From positions 29,580 to 93,579 of the forward strand of contig JBBRPR010000033.1 in the NCBI GenBank assembly GCA_038227875.1: 64,000 nt of DNA, read 5' to 3'. The translations under genes were made by a program, and so were the position numbers. This document shows positions 38,278 to 48,950 of the stretch, piece after piece. Numbering within the stretch: position 1 is the first letter of the stretch; every line of letters starts with the position of its first letter. This DNA is from Planctomycetota bacterium. Lineage in GTDB: Bacteria; Planctomycetota; SZUA-567; H5-PLA8. The notes under the pieces were generated by a model that was given only the letters and a program-made list of their open reading frames with translations, did no database searches and was not told where the DNA came from.

Positions 38278-39741
38278 TTATGCCCCTCGAAACGCCAGTG
38301 TGACCCGTGTTCCTTTTCCCACCTCGCTCTGAATCTGCAATTCGGCTTGGTGAAGTTTCGCAATACTGCGAACCAGTGCCAATCCTAGACCGACGCCACC
38401 CGACGCGGCCGAGCGCGCGTCATCGACGCGGTAGAAGCGATCGAAGACATGCGGCAGATGCTCGGCGGGAATACCGCAGCCGGTATCGGAGACGATGATC
38501 ACTATTCTGTCATTTGCGCGCGCGGCGGCGATGGCAACCTCTCCCTGCGGCGGCGTATGGCGCAGCGCGTTGGCGATCAGATTGCCGATCGCGCTCTGAA
38601 ATAGTTCGCGGTTGAGCGGTGCGCGCAACGACGCTTCCGAAGTGACGGTGAGCTTGACCTGCGCGTCGGCCGCCGCTGCTTCGTAAAATTCCCGGACGAC
38701 GGAGAGTTCGTGGGTTACATCGAGATTTTCCAGTTCGATGCGCGATTCGGCGCTTTCCGTGCGCGCGATGAACAGCAGCCGGTCGACCAGCCGCGTTAGC
38801 CGCTCGCATTCCTCCAGCGCCGAGCCGAGTACGTCGCGGTATTCCTCGACGGTGCGTGGTTTGCCCAGCGCCACTTCCATTCCCCCGCGCAGGTTGCCCA
38901 GCGGCGTGCGCAGTTCATGCGCGATGTCCGCCGAGAACTGGCTCACGCGGCGGAACGATTCTTCGAGGCGGTCGAGCATGGTGTTGAAGGTGCCCGCGAG
39001 CGTCTGGATTTCCGTGGGCAGGTTGCGGGTCTCCAGACGTTCGTGGAGCGTACTGGAAGTGACCCGTCCGGCGGCTTGCGTAATCTGCTGCACCGGGCGG
39101 ATGCCGCGGTGCGCGATGAAGTAGCCGACAATCGCACAAGCCAGCAGCGCGGTGGACAGACCGATCCAGATGGAACGCCGATAGGTGTGCAGGATGCCGG
39201 ACTCGTGCTTGCGGTCGTAGGCCACTTGAATCACGTGGGTCTCGCCGGGATTTTCCGGATTGTGCACGCGCGTGGCCATCAGGCGGAACAACCGCCCGCG
39301 TTTGGTCAACGCATCGCTGCCATGGCGCGCTTCATCCGCTTCATCCATCAGCATGAACATGCTGTCGGGAAAGTCGTGCGACATCTGATGCGCTTCCACC
39401 AGGATCGCGCCCTTGCTGTCGGTCACGCGAACAAACACGCGGGCATAGCGACGGCTGGAGAGCTCCGAGTCGATTTCCTTTTTCAGACTTTCCAAGCTCG
39501 TCTCTTTTTCGCGCAGCAGCGTGACGAGCATGTTGGTGGTGTCTTTGAGAAAGCCGTCGATTTCATCGTCGAACGTGTTGGTCAGCGCCGCGTAGAGCAG
39601 GCCCAGCGTCACCGCCACCAGCGCAAACGCGGAGGCCGCGTACCAGAGCGTCAGGCGTCCGGAGAGGCTGCGAAAAAATGTGGCCGCTGGCCAGCGGTCC
39701 CTGCCTGGCACCTCAGTCGTCGCGCTGGGGCTCAAGGACAT
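38278..39741 (-). CDS. Heavy-metal sensor histidine kinase (CusS/CzcS-like)
   Basis: RLTLWY TM1, [33 protein letters not shown]....G.GLGL. Confidence 0.92.
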   Translation of the reverse strand: MSLSPSATTEVPGRDRWPAATFFRSLSGRLTLWYAASAFALVAVTLGLLYAALTNTFDDEIDGFLKDTTNMLVTLLREKETSLESLKKEIDSELSSRRYARVFVRVTDSKGAILVEAHQMSHDFPDSMFMLMDEADEARHGSDALTKRGRLFRLMATRVHNPENPGETHVIQVAYDRKHESGILHTYRRSIWIGLSTALLACAIVGYFIAHRGIRPVQQITQAAGRVTSSTLHERLETRNLPTEIQTLAGTFNTMLDRLEESFRRVSQFSADIAHELRTPLGNLRGGMEVALGKPRTVEEYRDVLGSALEECERLTRLVDRLLFIARTESAESRIELENLDVTHELSVVREFYEAAAADAQVKLTVTSEASLRAPLNRELFQSAIGNLIANALRHTPPQGEVAIAAARANDRIVIIVSDTGCGIPAEHLPHVFDRFYRVDDARSAASGGVGLGLALVRSIAKLHQAELQIQSEVGKGTRVTLAFRGA

Positions 39742-40393
39742 AGCCCACTCCTCTCACCGTCTGGATCAGCTTGACCGGGTACGGATCGTCAAGCTTCGCG
39801 CGCAGGCGGCGTACGTGGACGTCGACCACATTGGTGCCGGAATCGAAATTCATGTCCCAGACTTTTTCGGCGATCAGCGTGCGTGAAAGCACCTCGCCTT
39901 TGCGCCGCACGAGCAGCGAGAGCAGCGCGAATTCCTTGGGCGTCAGGTCCATCCGCTTTCCGCCGCGCGTGGCGCGGTGGCGGATCAGATCCACTTCCAG
40001 ATCGGCGACCTGGATCATCTGTTCCACGCGCGTCGTTCCACGCCGCAGAATTGAGCGCACGCGCGCGAGCAACTCGGAAAAAGCAAACGGCTTGACGAGG
40101 TAATCGTCGGCGCCGAGTTCCAGACCCTTGACACGGTCCTGCACGGCGTCCTTGGCGGTCAGCAGCAACACCGGCGTCGGCACGCTGCTTTTTTTCAATT
40201 CCGAGAGCACCGACCAGCCGTCGCGCTTGGGCAGCATCACGTCGAGGATGATCAGATCGTAATTGTTGACCAGCGCCAGGTGCAAACCATCCTCGCCGTT
40301 GTCCGCGACATCCACAACGTAGGAACTCTCGCTCAGGCCCTTGCGCAGATAGGCCGCCGATTTCAGCTCGTCTTCAACGACCAGAATTTTCAT
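39713..40393 (-). CDS. Heavy-metal response regulator (CusR/CzcR-like, OmpR family)
   Basis: [48 protein letters not shown]. Confidence 0.93.
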   Translation of the reverse strand: MKILVVEDELKSAAYLRKGLSESSYVVDVADNGEDGLHLALVNNYDLIILDVMLPKRDGWSVLSELKKSSVPTPVLLLTAKDAVQDRVKGLELGADDYLVKPFAFSELLARVRSILRRGTTRVEQMIQVADLEVDLIRHRATRGGKRMDLTPKEFALLSLLVRRKGEVLSRTLIAEKVWDMNFDSGTNVVDVHVRRLRAKLDDPYPVKLIQTVRGVGYVLEPQRDD

Positions 40394-40516
40394 GAATCGC
40401 CATCCGCCGCCCATGTCAACACATCACTGTCATGCTTCAATGGACGCTTGAGTCCCGCCTTGGACTCACTAAATCCACGTCGGGAATTATCGCGTGATAC
40501 CTCGATTTGTGCCGAA

Positions 40517-40534
40517 CATTTCAAAAATGTAATG
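40517..40534. promoter_or_regulatory. Putative CusR/CzcR-type binding box
   Basis: catttca-aaaa-tgtaatg, one mismatch from the palindrome CATTACA-N4-TGTAATG, ~125 bp upstream of the regulator. Confidence 0.5.
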
Positions 40535-40543
40535 CGCTGATTT

Positions 40544-41680
40544 TCAATTCATGAATTTCAGCGGGTGGTCGTCCGGATCTTCATCTTCGGGTGCTGCGAG
40601 TCGCTGTTCTTCGGCCGCTTTCACCGCCTTGCTGTGAATCCACCAGGCATATCCGCCCAGTCCGCTCACGGAAAAATAGATCGCCAGCAGCAGCACCACC
40701 CATGCCGCGGAGGCCGGGCGCGCCAACGCTCCTGGATAAGCGCGCTGCAACAATCCCGTCCGCAACGCCACGCGGCGTTCCAGTGTCGTGGCGCTGGAGT
40801 CTTCCACCAGGTCGCGCGTTTTGGCGTACGCGAGCATCAGTCGCTCCAGCGGCATCTCGTCGAGCGAATGATCCTGATTCAATCCCGCTGCGCGGAGTTT
40901 GCTGCTCAGCACCGCGATGTTGTGGGTCGTGCGCAGCGTCAGCAGAATGAACGCGGCGATCCCGAATGAAATCCAGGGCGAACCGACGCCAAAATAGACC
41001 AGCGCTGCGACGGCCAGCAGCTTGCACGCGGTGTCCATCCACGGTCGCCGCGAAAAAAGAATCGCGTTGAAAAATTGGCCGCCATCGAGCATGCCCAGCG
41101 GAATCAGGTTGAAGCCGTTGATGATCAGCGCGACCAGCGCGATGCGGACGGGCAGATCCTGCATGCCGAACGCGCCGTAGTGATACGCGATCAGGTAACC
41201 GCCCGCGACAATGACGCTCGGCACTGGTCCCGCCAGCGCGACGAGCGCCCGTTCCACCTGCGAGGCATCGTCCTTTCGGCCGCTCACCGCCGCGCCAATA
41301 AATGGGATGAAGAACAATTGCAGATCGGTGTAGCCGAACGCTTTTTTCAGCACCAGATGCCCGGCCTCGTGAATCAGGACGATGGCGACGATAAAGGGAG
41401 TCTGTTCCCAGCCCAGCCAGCGGCCGAGCGTCACCACAAAGAGCGCCAGCGAAACCACGGTCAGCCATAAAGAGGGTCGCGAGGTCTCCGGCGGAATGCT
41501 GAGTTGTGTAATTGCTTCGAGATTTTCGTCACGCCACGCTTCGACCTCCACGCCCTCCGGCCGCGTGCTGTCGGCGATTTCGTCGATCGTCCGTTCCGGA
41601 AATACTTCCGCCGGACTGATGGGACTGGAGTCGGGATCGGATGCGTCGGGCGTAAAGTCAAACCTCCATCGCGGGTACAA
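40544..41680 (-). CDS. Site-2 protease (M50) family membrane metalloprotease
   Basis: HEAGH, ALAGP, NLIPLGMLDGG motifs; start uncertain. Confidence 0.85.
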   Translation of the reverse strand: MYPRWRFDFTPDASDPDSSPISPAEVFPERTIDEIADSTRPEGVEVEAWRDENLEAITQLSIPPETSRPSLWLTVVSLALFVVTLGRWLGWEQTPFIVAIVLIHEAGHLVLKKAFGYTDLQLFFIPFIGAAVSGRKDDASQVERALVALAGPVPSVIVAGGYLIAYHYGAFGMQDLPVRIALVALIINGFNLIPLGMLDGGQFFNAILFSRRPWMDTACKLLAVAALVYFGVGSPWISFGIAAFILLTLRTTHNIAVLSSKLRAAGLNQDHSLDEMPLERLMLAYAKTRDLVEDSSATTLERRVALRTGLLQRAYPGALARPASAAWVVLLLAIYFSVSGLGGYAWWIHSKAVKAAEEQRLAAPEDEDPDDHPLKFMN

Positions 41681-41696
41681 CGGAGTTGAAATAAAA

Positions 41697-41728
41697 CTGG
41701 CGTGAGCGGCAAACGCCGCTCACGCCAG
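41697..41728 (-). terminator. Intrinsic terminator downstream of tkt
   Basis: 14-bp stem ctggcgtgagcggc/gccgctcacgccag flanked by AAAA and TTTT. Confidence 0.8.
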
Positions 41729-41812
41729 ATCTTTTACCATACTTCCCGAGCGCTGCTATGTCGTTGTTGTACGTGCGACCTTATGGCCCCGGGGCCCTAA
41801 GATCGACGCGCA

Positions 41813-43870
41813 CTATTTCCCGACTAGCTTGCGCGCCTTCGACGCGATGTTCTCGGGAGTAAACCCGAACTTTTTGAACACCTGCTCGGCCGGCGCCGAC
41901 GCGCCGTAGCTGTCCATGCACTGGTACGCGCCCTTCAAGCCCACGTATTTGGCCCAGCTCATCGGATGCGCCGCTTCGACCGCCACGCGCGCGGAGATGT
42001 CCGGCGGCAGCACTTCGTTGCGGTAACTTTCCGGCTGCTGATCGAACAGCTCGAACGACGGCATCGCCACCACGCGCGCTTTCACGCCGTCCTTCGCGAG
42101 CAGTTCCGCCGCCGCGATGCAGTACTGCACTTCCGAGCCGCTGCTCATCAGGATGACATCGGGCTTCGTCTGCGCGTCGCCGACGAGAATGTAGCCGCCC
42201 TTCAGCAGGTTCATCGCCGACGGGTATTTGGTGCGGTCGAGCACCGGCACATTCTGGCGCGTCAGCGCGAACGCCGTCGGGCCGTCGCGGTGTTCGATCG
42301 CGAACTTCCACGCCACCGCCGTCTCGGTCGCGTCGCTGGGTCGGATCGTGGTGAGTCCATAGATGCCACGTAGCGCGCTGAGCTGCTCGATGGCCTGATG
42401 CGTCGGGCCGTCTTCGCCCAAGCCGATCGAATCGTGCGTGAAGACGAAGATCGACTGAACGCCCATGAACGCCGCGAGGCGGATCGACGGCTTGCTGTAA
42501 TCGCTGAAGATCAGGAACGTCGCACCGTACGGAATGAGCATCTGCGAGAGCGCGATGCCATTGAGCGCCGCCGACATGCCGTGTTCGCGCACGCCGAAAT
42601 GCAAGTTGCGGCCACCGTACGTGCCATGGTCCTGATCGTGGTCGCTGGCTCGCGGATTTTCCGGCGACTGGAAATCGCCGAGTCCCTTGATGTAGGTCGA
42701 CGTCGAGGGCGCGAGGTCCGCGCTGCCGCCCAGGAGCATCGGCAGCTTCGGTCCGATCGCCGCGAGCACCTTCGCCTGCGCGACGCGGGTGCTGAGCGAT
42801 TTTTCGCCCGCGAAACTCGGCAGCGCATCGGCCCAGCCGTCGGGGAGTTTCTTGGCCTGCCAGTTCTTGAACTGCGCCGCCAAATCCGGGTGCGCCGTTT
42901 CGTACGCCGCGAACTTCGAATTCCACGCCTCTTCCTGCTGCTTGCCGCGCGAAAGCTGCTCGCGGAAGTGCGCCAGCGCTTCGGCCGGAATGTAGAAGCT
43001 CTTCTCCGGATCCCAACCGTACGCTTTTTTGGTCAACTTCACTTCATCCGGCCCCAGCGGCGAACCGTGCGCGTCGTGAGAGTCGTGCTTGTTGGGCGAA
43101 CCGTAGCCGATCACCGTTTTCACATTAATAATGTGCGGCTTGCCCTTGATCGTCCGGGCCTTCTCAATCGCCGCCGTGATGGCCGCGACGTCGTTGCCGT
43201 CGTTGACGATCTGTACGTGCCAACCGTACGCTTCGTAACGCTTGGCGCGGTCTTCGGTGAACGCCACCGACGTGTGGCCTTCGATCGAAATCGAGTTGTC
43301 GTCGTAGAGGTAAATCAAATTGTCGAGGCGCAGATGCCCGGCCAGCGACGCCGCTTCGCTCGCCACGCCTTCCATCAAGTCGCCGTCGGAGACGATGCCG
43401 AAGACCGTGTAGTCGATGATCTCATGGCCCGGGCGGTTGAAGTACGCCGCCAGGTATTTCTGCGCCATCGCCATGCCGACGCCGTTGGACAACCCCTGGC
43501 CGAGCGGCCCGGTGGTGGTCTCGACGCCGACGGTGTGGCCGTACTCACTGTGTCCCGGGCACTTGCTGCCCAGTTGCCGGAAATTCTGGAGCTCCGAAAG
43601 CGGCAGATCGTAGCCGCTGAGATGGAGCAGGCTGTAGAGGAGCATGCAGCCGTGACCGGGCGAGAGAATGAAGCGGTCGCGGTTGATCCAACTCGGATTG
43701 GCCGGATTGTGGCGCAGGAAATTCTGCCACAGCGTGTAGGCCATCGGCGCCTGCCCCATCGGCGCGCCGGGATGCCCGGAGTTGGCCTTCTGCACGCCGT
43801 CGATCGACAGACAGCGGATGGTGTTTATGCACAGCAAATCCAGTTCAGCAGCGGTCATCGGCACAGTCAA
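41813..43870 (-). CDS. tkt: Transketolase
   Basis: [57 protein letters not shown]. Confidence 0.98.
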   Translation of the reverse strand: MTVPMTAAELDLLCINTIRCLSIDGVQKANSGHPGAPMGQAPMAYTLWQNFLRHNPANPSWINRDRFILSPGHGCMLLYSLLHLSGYDLPLSELQNFRQLGSKCPGHSEYGHTVGVETTTGPLGQGLSNGVGMAMAQKYLAAYFNRPGHEIIDYTVFGIVSDGDLMEGVASEAASLAGHLRLDNLIYLYDDNSISIEGHTSVAFTEDRAKRYEAYGWHVQIVNDGNDVAAITAAIEKARTIKGKPHIINVKTVIGYGSPNKHDSHDAHGSPLGPDEVKLTKKAYGWDPEKSFYIPAEALAHFREQLSRGKQQEEAWNSKFAAYETAHPDLAAQFKNWQAKKLPDGWADALPSFAGEKSLSTRVAQAKVLAAIGPKLPMLLGGSADLAPSTSTYIKGLGDFQSPENPRASDHDQDHGTYGGRNLHFGVREHGMSAALNGIALSQMLIPYGATFLIFSDYSKPSIRLAAFMGVQSIFVFTHDSIGLGEDGPTHQAIEQLSALRGIYGLTTIRPSDATETAVAWKFAIEHRDGPTAFALTRQNVPVLDRTKYPSAMNLLKGGYILVGDAQTKPDVILMSSGSEVQYCIAAAELLAKDGVKARVVAMPSFELFDQQPESYRNEVLPPDISARVAVEAAHPMSWAKYVGLKGAYQCMDSYGASAPAEQVFKKFGFTPENIASKARKLVGK

Positions 43871-43977
43871 GAATCTCCATACAAGAATCGTCGGAAAACA
43901 CGTTCGGTCGTTCGGTAGAGTAGGAGAGTTGGCCGAGAGTTCAAGGGGAAGGGGAGCCGCCAGAAAGCAGAGTAGAA

Positions 43978-44011
43978 TTCTCCCTTCGTGACTCGGGTCA
44001 CGAAGGGAGAA
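43978..44011 (-). terminator. 15-bp stem hairpin between the VIT-vWA gene and tkt
   Basis: ttctcccttcgtgac-tcgg-gtcacgaagggagaa. Confidence 0.6.
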
Positions 44012-44129
44012 CTCGGCAGTTTCCTCCGACTATTCCCGCAATTGGAAAGAACTTCAAGAATTTTGGAATCCGCAAGCACGGATCCTTTTCAAGTGTGGCG
44101 CGTGCACTCTGATTTACCAGTCCCGCGGA

Positions 44130-46580
44130 TTACTGCGCGGCGTACCACGCCGCGAGATCGGTGAAACCTGCGGGGACCGGGACTTTTTGTGCGGTAAGCC
44201 AGCGCTGGGCCTTGGCGGCCAGCGTGGCCCATTCGCCTTTCCGATCAGCATACTTCGTTTCAAACGCGTGGAGCACGGCCAGTGTCGCGAGAATGCGCAC
44301 GGCAAGCTGATCGTCGCGTTGAATCGCCCTGGCCAGGACTCCGACTAATCCCGGTTCAACTTTCAGAGTCTTCAACGCCCGCGGTTCGAAAGACCCATCC
44401 GCTTGCTGCGTCAGCGTGAGATCGTAAAGTGAATCGGCCTCTACTTTCGCTACGCCGTCCTGGGGCATAGACTTGGCTCGGTCCTCCCGAAACAGTCCCG
44501 CAATACTTCCGAACAGCCCAGACGGCTTCGGGGCCGCGGGAGGCGGGGGTGCAGATGCGAAGCGTGGCGCGGTGGCTGTGACCTGTGCGGGCCCATTGGC
44601 TTCATCCAGGTCCATAGGCACGTCGTCCGTGGATTCACGTGCTTTAGGAGCCATCCGCTTTCGCGCGACAGCACCTCGGACTTTCATCGGTGGTAGCACA
44701 CCACCGAGAGCAGGCAATATCGATCCTCCCGCACGGCCTGCGGCCGCGCCCAGCGATTTCGACAATTTGACGGCCGCATGTTCCTCACCCCAACCCTTCG
44801 TCAGCGCAATCGGAATGCGCCGCAGTTCGGCCTGCGCCGTCTGCGCGGCGTTGGCGCGTTCTTCGACGGCGACGAAACTGGTCGCCGACGACATCAGTTG
44901 ATAGCGCAGCGCCAGTTCCAGAATCCGAGCGCGACCGGCGCTCTGCTTGCGATTCTGCTGGGACGATCCGCGCTCGGCTCCTCGTCCTTCCTCAAGTTCC
45001 TGGATCGCTTTGCGCGCCATTAGCACCGGAATCGCGCTGTCGCTGGACGACTTTTCGAGATCGACGGTGACCGGAAAGCGCAGCGCGCCTTTCGGACTGT
45101 CCGCCAGCACCGCGACTTCGCCGTTGCTCCCGCCCACCACGCGTCCATAGAGCGTGAAGCGATCGCCGTTGAACAGCTGTGGCAAATCTCGCGGCGCGAC
45201 GAGATCGACTTTCAGGTTGCCCCAGTCGATCCGGACATTGCTGATCGACGCGGACGCGATGCGTCCGATCTGCTTGAGCACCTTCGGTTCAATGCGTTCG
45301 TTGGGATGGATGAATTCCGCCTGTCCGCCGCTCGCGCGCGCCAGCCCGCGCAGCAGGTGCTCGGACACACCATTGCCGACACCGAACGTGAAGATGCGGC
45401 AGCACTTGGCCTGCGTTCGGGCGAGTTCCAGCAACTCCGCCTCGTTACCGACTTCACCATCCGTCAGCAGCAGGATATGGCAGGACTCAGCCGCGCCAGA
45501 CATGCGCTCCAGCGCGATTTTCAGAGGCTGGAGCAATTCGGTGCCGCCGAGGTCGGCCTGCATCGCCGCGATTTTCTTCGACGCATCGTCCAATGTCTGC
45601 TGCGAGTAGGTCACGCTTTCGGGATACAGCATGTCGATTCCGGTTCCGAAGCCGATCACATTGAAGCGATCCCCGCTCTCGAGCGACCGCAGCGCCACCA
45701 GCAGCGCCGTGCGCGCCTGTTCGATGCTGGAGCCCTGCATTGATCCGGATCGATCGAGCAGAAACACAAACTCCGCCGGGCCGCGCTGAAAGCCGGAGAG
45801 ATCCGGAAACAGATTGAGCATCACCGCGCGCACGCCGTCACTGTCGCGCGCCACGAGCGCTGAGGCACCGTGCGGATTGACCAGATTAATGTTGAGCACA
45901 AAATCCTGGTCGAGCTGAATGTTTTCGCCCATCAATTCGACATGAATCTTTCTGCCGCTTATCCCAACGCGAGCGGGGTGGGAGGGGCAGGACACTTCGC
46001 GCACGTCGCCGGCGGCTTCGAAGTCGATGATCAACTTCAGGCCGTAGGGCACTGGACCGGCTACTGTCGGCGGCGTGATGTGATCGAGTTCCGCCGGATC
46101 CATTTTCTTCGCCACGTCGGCGGGAATGTAGCGCGGCGAAATCGTGGTCGGGATCAGCAGTCGGATGGCATCGCCGGAATGTTCCAACTCGGTCGCGTAC
46201 GTCAGCCGCACCGTCGCTTCCTGATTGGGCAGCAGATTGCCGACGCTGGCCGTAAAAATATTCGGGCGGTCCTGATCGACCAGGAACGCGCCGTGGCCTT
46301 GAGCCATCGCATCGTCGTACTTCTCAAACGCCTGCTCGCGCTCTTCGATCTTCCCGATGATGCGCCGGCCGCCGATCTCCACTTCGAAGCCGCAGACCGC
46401 ACAGGATTCGTCGAGCGGGAAGGAGTACACCGCTTCCACCGGCACGGATTCCGTGTTGTGATAGCGCTGCGCGACGCAGACCTTCGCGGCGACGCCGGAT
46501 GCGTTGACGTCGATCTGAACGCCTTTGAGCGGGATACGATTGCCATTGCAAAATAGTCCGCCCGGTTCGTAATTTTTCAT
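44130..46580 (-). CDS. VIT + vWA domain protein (inter-alpha-trypsin inhibitor-like)
   Basis: Q.Y.N....PVEAVY.FPL, NIFTASVGNL (VIT); FLLDRSGSM MIDAS, GGTE, LLTDGE, SFVAVE. Confidence 0.93.
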   Translation of the reverse strand: MKNYEPGGLFCNGNRIPLKGVQIDVNASGVAAKVCVAQRYHNTESVPVEAVYSFPLDESCAVCGFEVEIGGRRIIGKIEEREQAFEKYDDAMAQGHGAFLVDQDRPNIFTASVGNLLPNQEATVRLTYATELEHSGDAIRLLIPTTISPRYIPADVAKKMDPAELDHITPPTVAGPVPYGLKLIIDFEAAGDVREVSCPSHPARVGISGRKIHVELMGENIQLDQDFVLNINLVNPHGASALVARDSDGVRAVMLNLFPDLSGFQRGPAEFVFLLDRSGSMQGSSIEQARTALLVALRSLESGDRFNVIGFGTGIDMLYPESVTYSQQTLDDASKKIAAMQADLGGTELLQPLKIALERMSGAAESCHILLLTDGEVGNEAELLELARTQAKCCRIFTFGVGNGVSEHLLRGLARASGGQAEFIHPNERIEPKVLKQIGRIASASISNVRIDWGNLKVDLVAPRDLPQLFNGDRFTLYGRVVGGSNGEVAVLADSPKGALRFPVTVDLEKSSSDSAIPVLMARKAIQELEEGRGAERGSSQQNRKQSAGRARILELALRYQLMSSATSFVAVEERANAAQTAQAELRRIPIALTKGWGEEHAAVKLSKSLGAAAGRAGGSILPALGGVLPPMKVRGAVARKRMAPKARESTDDVPMDLDEANGPAQVTATAPRFASAPPPPAAPKPSGLFGSIAGLFREDRAKSMPQDGVAKVEADSLYDLTLTQQADGSFEPRALKTLKVEPGLVGVLARAIQRDDQLAVRILATLAVLHAFETKYADRKGEWATLAAKAQRWLTAQKVPVPAGFTDLAAWYAAQ

Positions 46581-46619
46581 GGGTTGTCCCCCTGGTTAAT
46601 GAGATTCTAATGCACCCTG

Positions 46620-47045
46620 CTAGTGCGGTTCGCCGTCGCTGTCGTAATTTTTCAAGACCTGCTCGCAAGCCGCAGCAAGCTGTTCGAGGATATGCGCCGG
46701 CGGAATCGCGCCGCCGCTGTTGAGTTCCAACTGCAAACCCGGGCGGAGAGAAATGCGCACGACCACTTCCGCCCTGGCCGGGATGCGCGCCGATTCTTGC
46801 GCGTCGGCGGCGGCCGGAAGTTGCTCGATCGTCTCCAGCGTGACGCCTTCGCGTTGTAACCGCAGCACGCGCTGGATCTGTTCGACGTGCTTCTGCGTAT
46901 ACGCGCTGCCGCGTCCGCGACCGCCGGGCGCATCAATCAGCCCGCGCTGAACGTAGTAGCGCACGGTCCGCCTCGAGACATTTGCGCGCTCGGAAACTTC
47001 GCCGATGGAGTAGAGCGGTTCGTTCACAGCATCGTCACTTTCCAT
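46620..47045 (-). CDS. MerR-type HTH transcriptional regulator
   Basis: YSIGEV...A.VS.RTVRYY.QRGL..P.G.GR...Y...H...L..LQREG..L..I. Confidence 0.9.
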   Translation of the reverse strand: MESDDAVNEPLYSIGEVSERANVSRRTVRYYVQRGLIDAPGGRGRGSAYTQKHVEQIQRVLRLQREGVTLETIEQLPAAADAQESARIPARAEVVVRISLRPGLQLELNSGGAIPPAHILEQLAAACEQVLKNYDSDGEPH

Positions 47046-47086
47046 GTATAAATAATACGACACTCGAATGTCGAATTCAAGTGTCG
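47046..47086 (-). promoter_or_regulatory. Sigma70-type leaderless promoter overlapped by an inverted-repeat operator
   Basis: Minus strand reads TTGAAT-17 nt-TATTAT-6 nt-ATG; inverted repeat cgacactcgaat...attcaagtgtcg at 47058..47086. Confidence 0.75.
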
Positions 47087-47365
47087 CATTAATTGATTTT
47101 TTAAACGGAGCCATAACATGCCGTTCCATAAATATTTAATGACTCGGAAATTTGTGACTGCGGCCATTAGCTACGGTCTACGGGTGACTCGGCATGGTCG
47201 CGCCGGCGCTGCTGCGTAGGCCGGAAGGCGATCCGCGATGGTGACGTAGTCCACGCGGTGGTGCCAGCCAGGGCGGCGGGTGTGGAACACGGGGTCGTGC
47301 TGTAAGTTTACATGACCGGTTGGGCAAACAGTTCATGGTTTGCGATCCGGCCACGCGGAGACAGC

Positions 47366-47641
47366 ATGACCAAGGCCGACATCGTCAACGCAGACCAAAC
47401 TGGCGTTCAGCACCAACAGGTAAAGGCGGTCGTCCAACTGACTTTTGATCACATCGTCGAAGCGTTGCAACGAGACGGCCAGATCGAACTGCGGGACTTT
47501 GGCGTGTTTGAGACGCGCATTGCTCCACCGCGGATAGCTAGGAACCCGAAGACGGGTGTAGAAGTGAGCCTCCCGGCGCGCAGACGCGTAAGTTTCCGGA
47601 CGGGGCAGATGATGGCGATGCGAGTGAGCGGCGGCAAGTAA
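47366..47641 (+). CDS. HU/IHF family DNA-binding protein (copy 1)
   Basis: MTKADIV, IELRDFGVF, RIARNPKTG.EV.LPARR.VSF; GGAG RBS. Confidence 0.85.
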   Translation: MTKADIVNADQTGVQHQQVKAVVQLTFDHIVEALQRDGQIELRDFGVFETRIAPPRIARNPKTGVEVSLPARRRVSFRTGQMMAMRVSGGK

Positions 47642-47808
47642 CCGCTACTGTGCAGAAGGCGAGTTCTTCTTAAACGCAATCATGGCGACGACTATAGCCA
47701 GCGCAAGAAGCAGGAATGGCCACAGCGGCGCGTCGCGGCGAGATCGAGGAATGACGCCAGTGGCATGACGGGTTTCCGTGTGTATCAAGGTGTACTTTGG
47801 CAGCGACA

Positions 47809-48249
47809 CTATTTCTCGACGTGCTGCCGCCATTGGCCGTCCTGAAACCCCTCAATCAATCGGGACACCAAGTTTGAATCGCCCTGCAGATCAAGAAATG
47901 ATGATTTGGCGTTAAAGAAATTCACGAATCCAATAAGCGTGGTTGTCGCTCGATCCACATCAACAAACCCCATGCTCCATGCGCCGAATGTTCGCTTCTT
48001 GACAGTTGCCTTTGAAAGCAACACCAGACGCGAATGGCGCGGGTCGTGGCAGATGCGCCCATACAATTCGTCCACGACTTGCTCTTCGCCTTCGAGAATC
48101 TGAAAGAACGAAAGCCTGTGATAAAGCAGAAGTCCACTGATATCCAAGCCGCTATTGGTTGTCCTGGCCTTCAGCAAGAGTTCGCGAAGGTCGTCCTGAT
48201 TGAACGGCTTGGTCGCTGCACTCGCGTAGATAAGTTGAATGAGTGACAT
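47809..48249 (-). CDS. BLUF domain blue-light photoreceptor (stand-alone)
   Basis: LIYAS, AR..N....ISGLLLY, FFQILEG, DPRH, F..WSMGF with conserved Tyr/Gln/Trp/Met; GGAGA RBS. Confidence 0.93.
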   Translation of the reverse strand: MSLIQLIYASAATKPFNQDDLRELLLKARTTNSGLDISGLLLYHRLSFFQILEGEEQVVDELYGRICHDPRHSRLVLLSKATVKKRTFGAWSMGFVDVDRATTTLIGFVNFFNAKSSFLDLQGDSNLVSRLIEGFQDGQWRQHVEK

Positions 48250-48559
48250 TGTAATTCTCCCAGTAGAATAATAGGCATGGGCCTATCCAGATATGCTTGC
48301 CGCCGTGTCGTGCTGGCCCATCCTATTGAAATAATCGTGCTGGTCTCGCACGATTTAAGGTCATATCCTGAAGAACATGTGCGCTGCAGCTACCGGCATC
48401 TTGGGCAAGGCTGATTCGGTTCGATCCGGGGACATAAACTTCAATTCACAGCGCAGGCAGGTGCCTCTTAGGGGCTTCGGCGGCGGCAGCGGCCGGTGTT
48501 TCTTCGCGGACACAGCGGATAACCGATTGAATAATGTCTGCTTCGCAAGAGGAGACAGC

Positions 48560-48766
48560 ATGACCAAGGCCGACATCGTCAACGCAGACCAAACTGGCGT
48601 TCAGCACCAACAGGTAAAGGCGGTCGTCCAACTGACTTTTGATCACATCGTCGAAGCGTTGCAACGAGACGGCCGGATCGAACTGCGGGACTTTGTTTGA
48701 GACGCGCATTGCTCCACCGCGGATAGCTAGGAACCCGAAGACAGGTGTAGAAGTGAGCCTCCCGGC
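48560..48766 (+). pseudogene. HU/IHF copy 2, frameshifted and 3'-truncated
   Basis: 48551..48766 is identical to 47357..47577 except for 2 substitutions and a 5-bp deletion (gcgtg) in the FGVF codons. Confidence 0.9.
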
Positions 48767-48945
48767 AGCCGAATTGAGGGCGATCATCGGCGCCGCTATG
48801 GAGACGAGCCGTTTGATTATTGAGGTGGCCGGTCAGGAGTTCACCATCATCATGCCGAACTGGGTCGACGGGGACGTAACCCGGTTGGCGCAAGTCGTGT
48901 CCAATGTGCTGAAGAACGGTGCCAAGTACACGCACCGCGGCGGCG
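48767..48945 (+). pseudogene. Histidine kinase HATPase fragment fused to HU copy 2
   Basis: ELRAII..A.ETSR.II...Q....WVDGD.TRLAQVVSNVL.N.AKYT.RGG N-box. Confidence 0.7.
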
Positions 48946-48950
48946 GATAT

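Noticed and set aside
47320..47350. c-di-GMP-I riboswitch suggested by GGGCAAAC upstream of HU copy 1
   Set aside because: The GAAA tetraloop and second-stem consensus are not present.
47645..47833. 62-aa membrane peptide ORF downstream of BLUF
   Set aside because: It has one hydrophobic stretch only, with no recognisable motif or secure start.
48385..48500. Small zinc-ribbon gene (CLRC...F.S..., CPRC in a shifted frame) on the minus strand
   Set aside because: It needs a frameshift and has no clear start. It may be a remnant, but the evidence is too weak to call.
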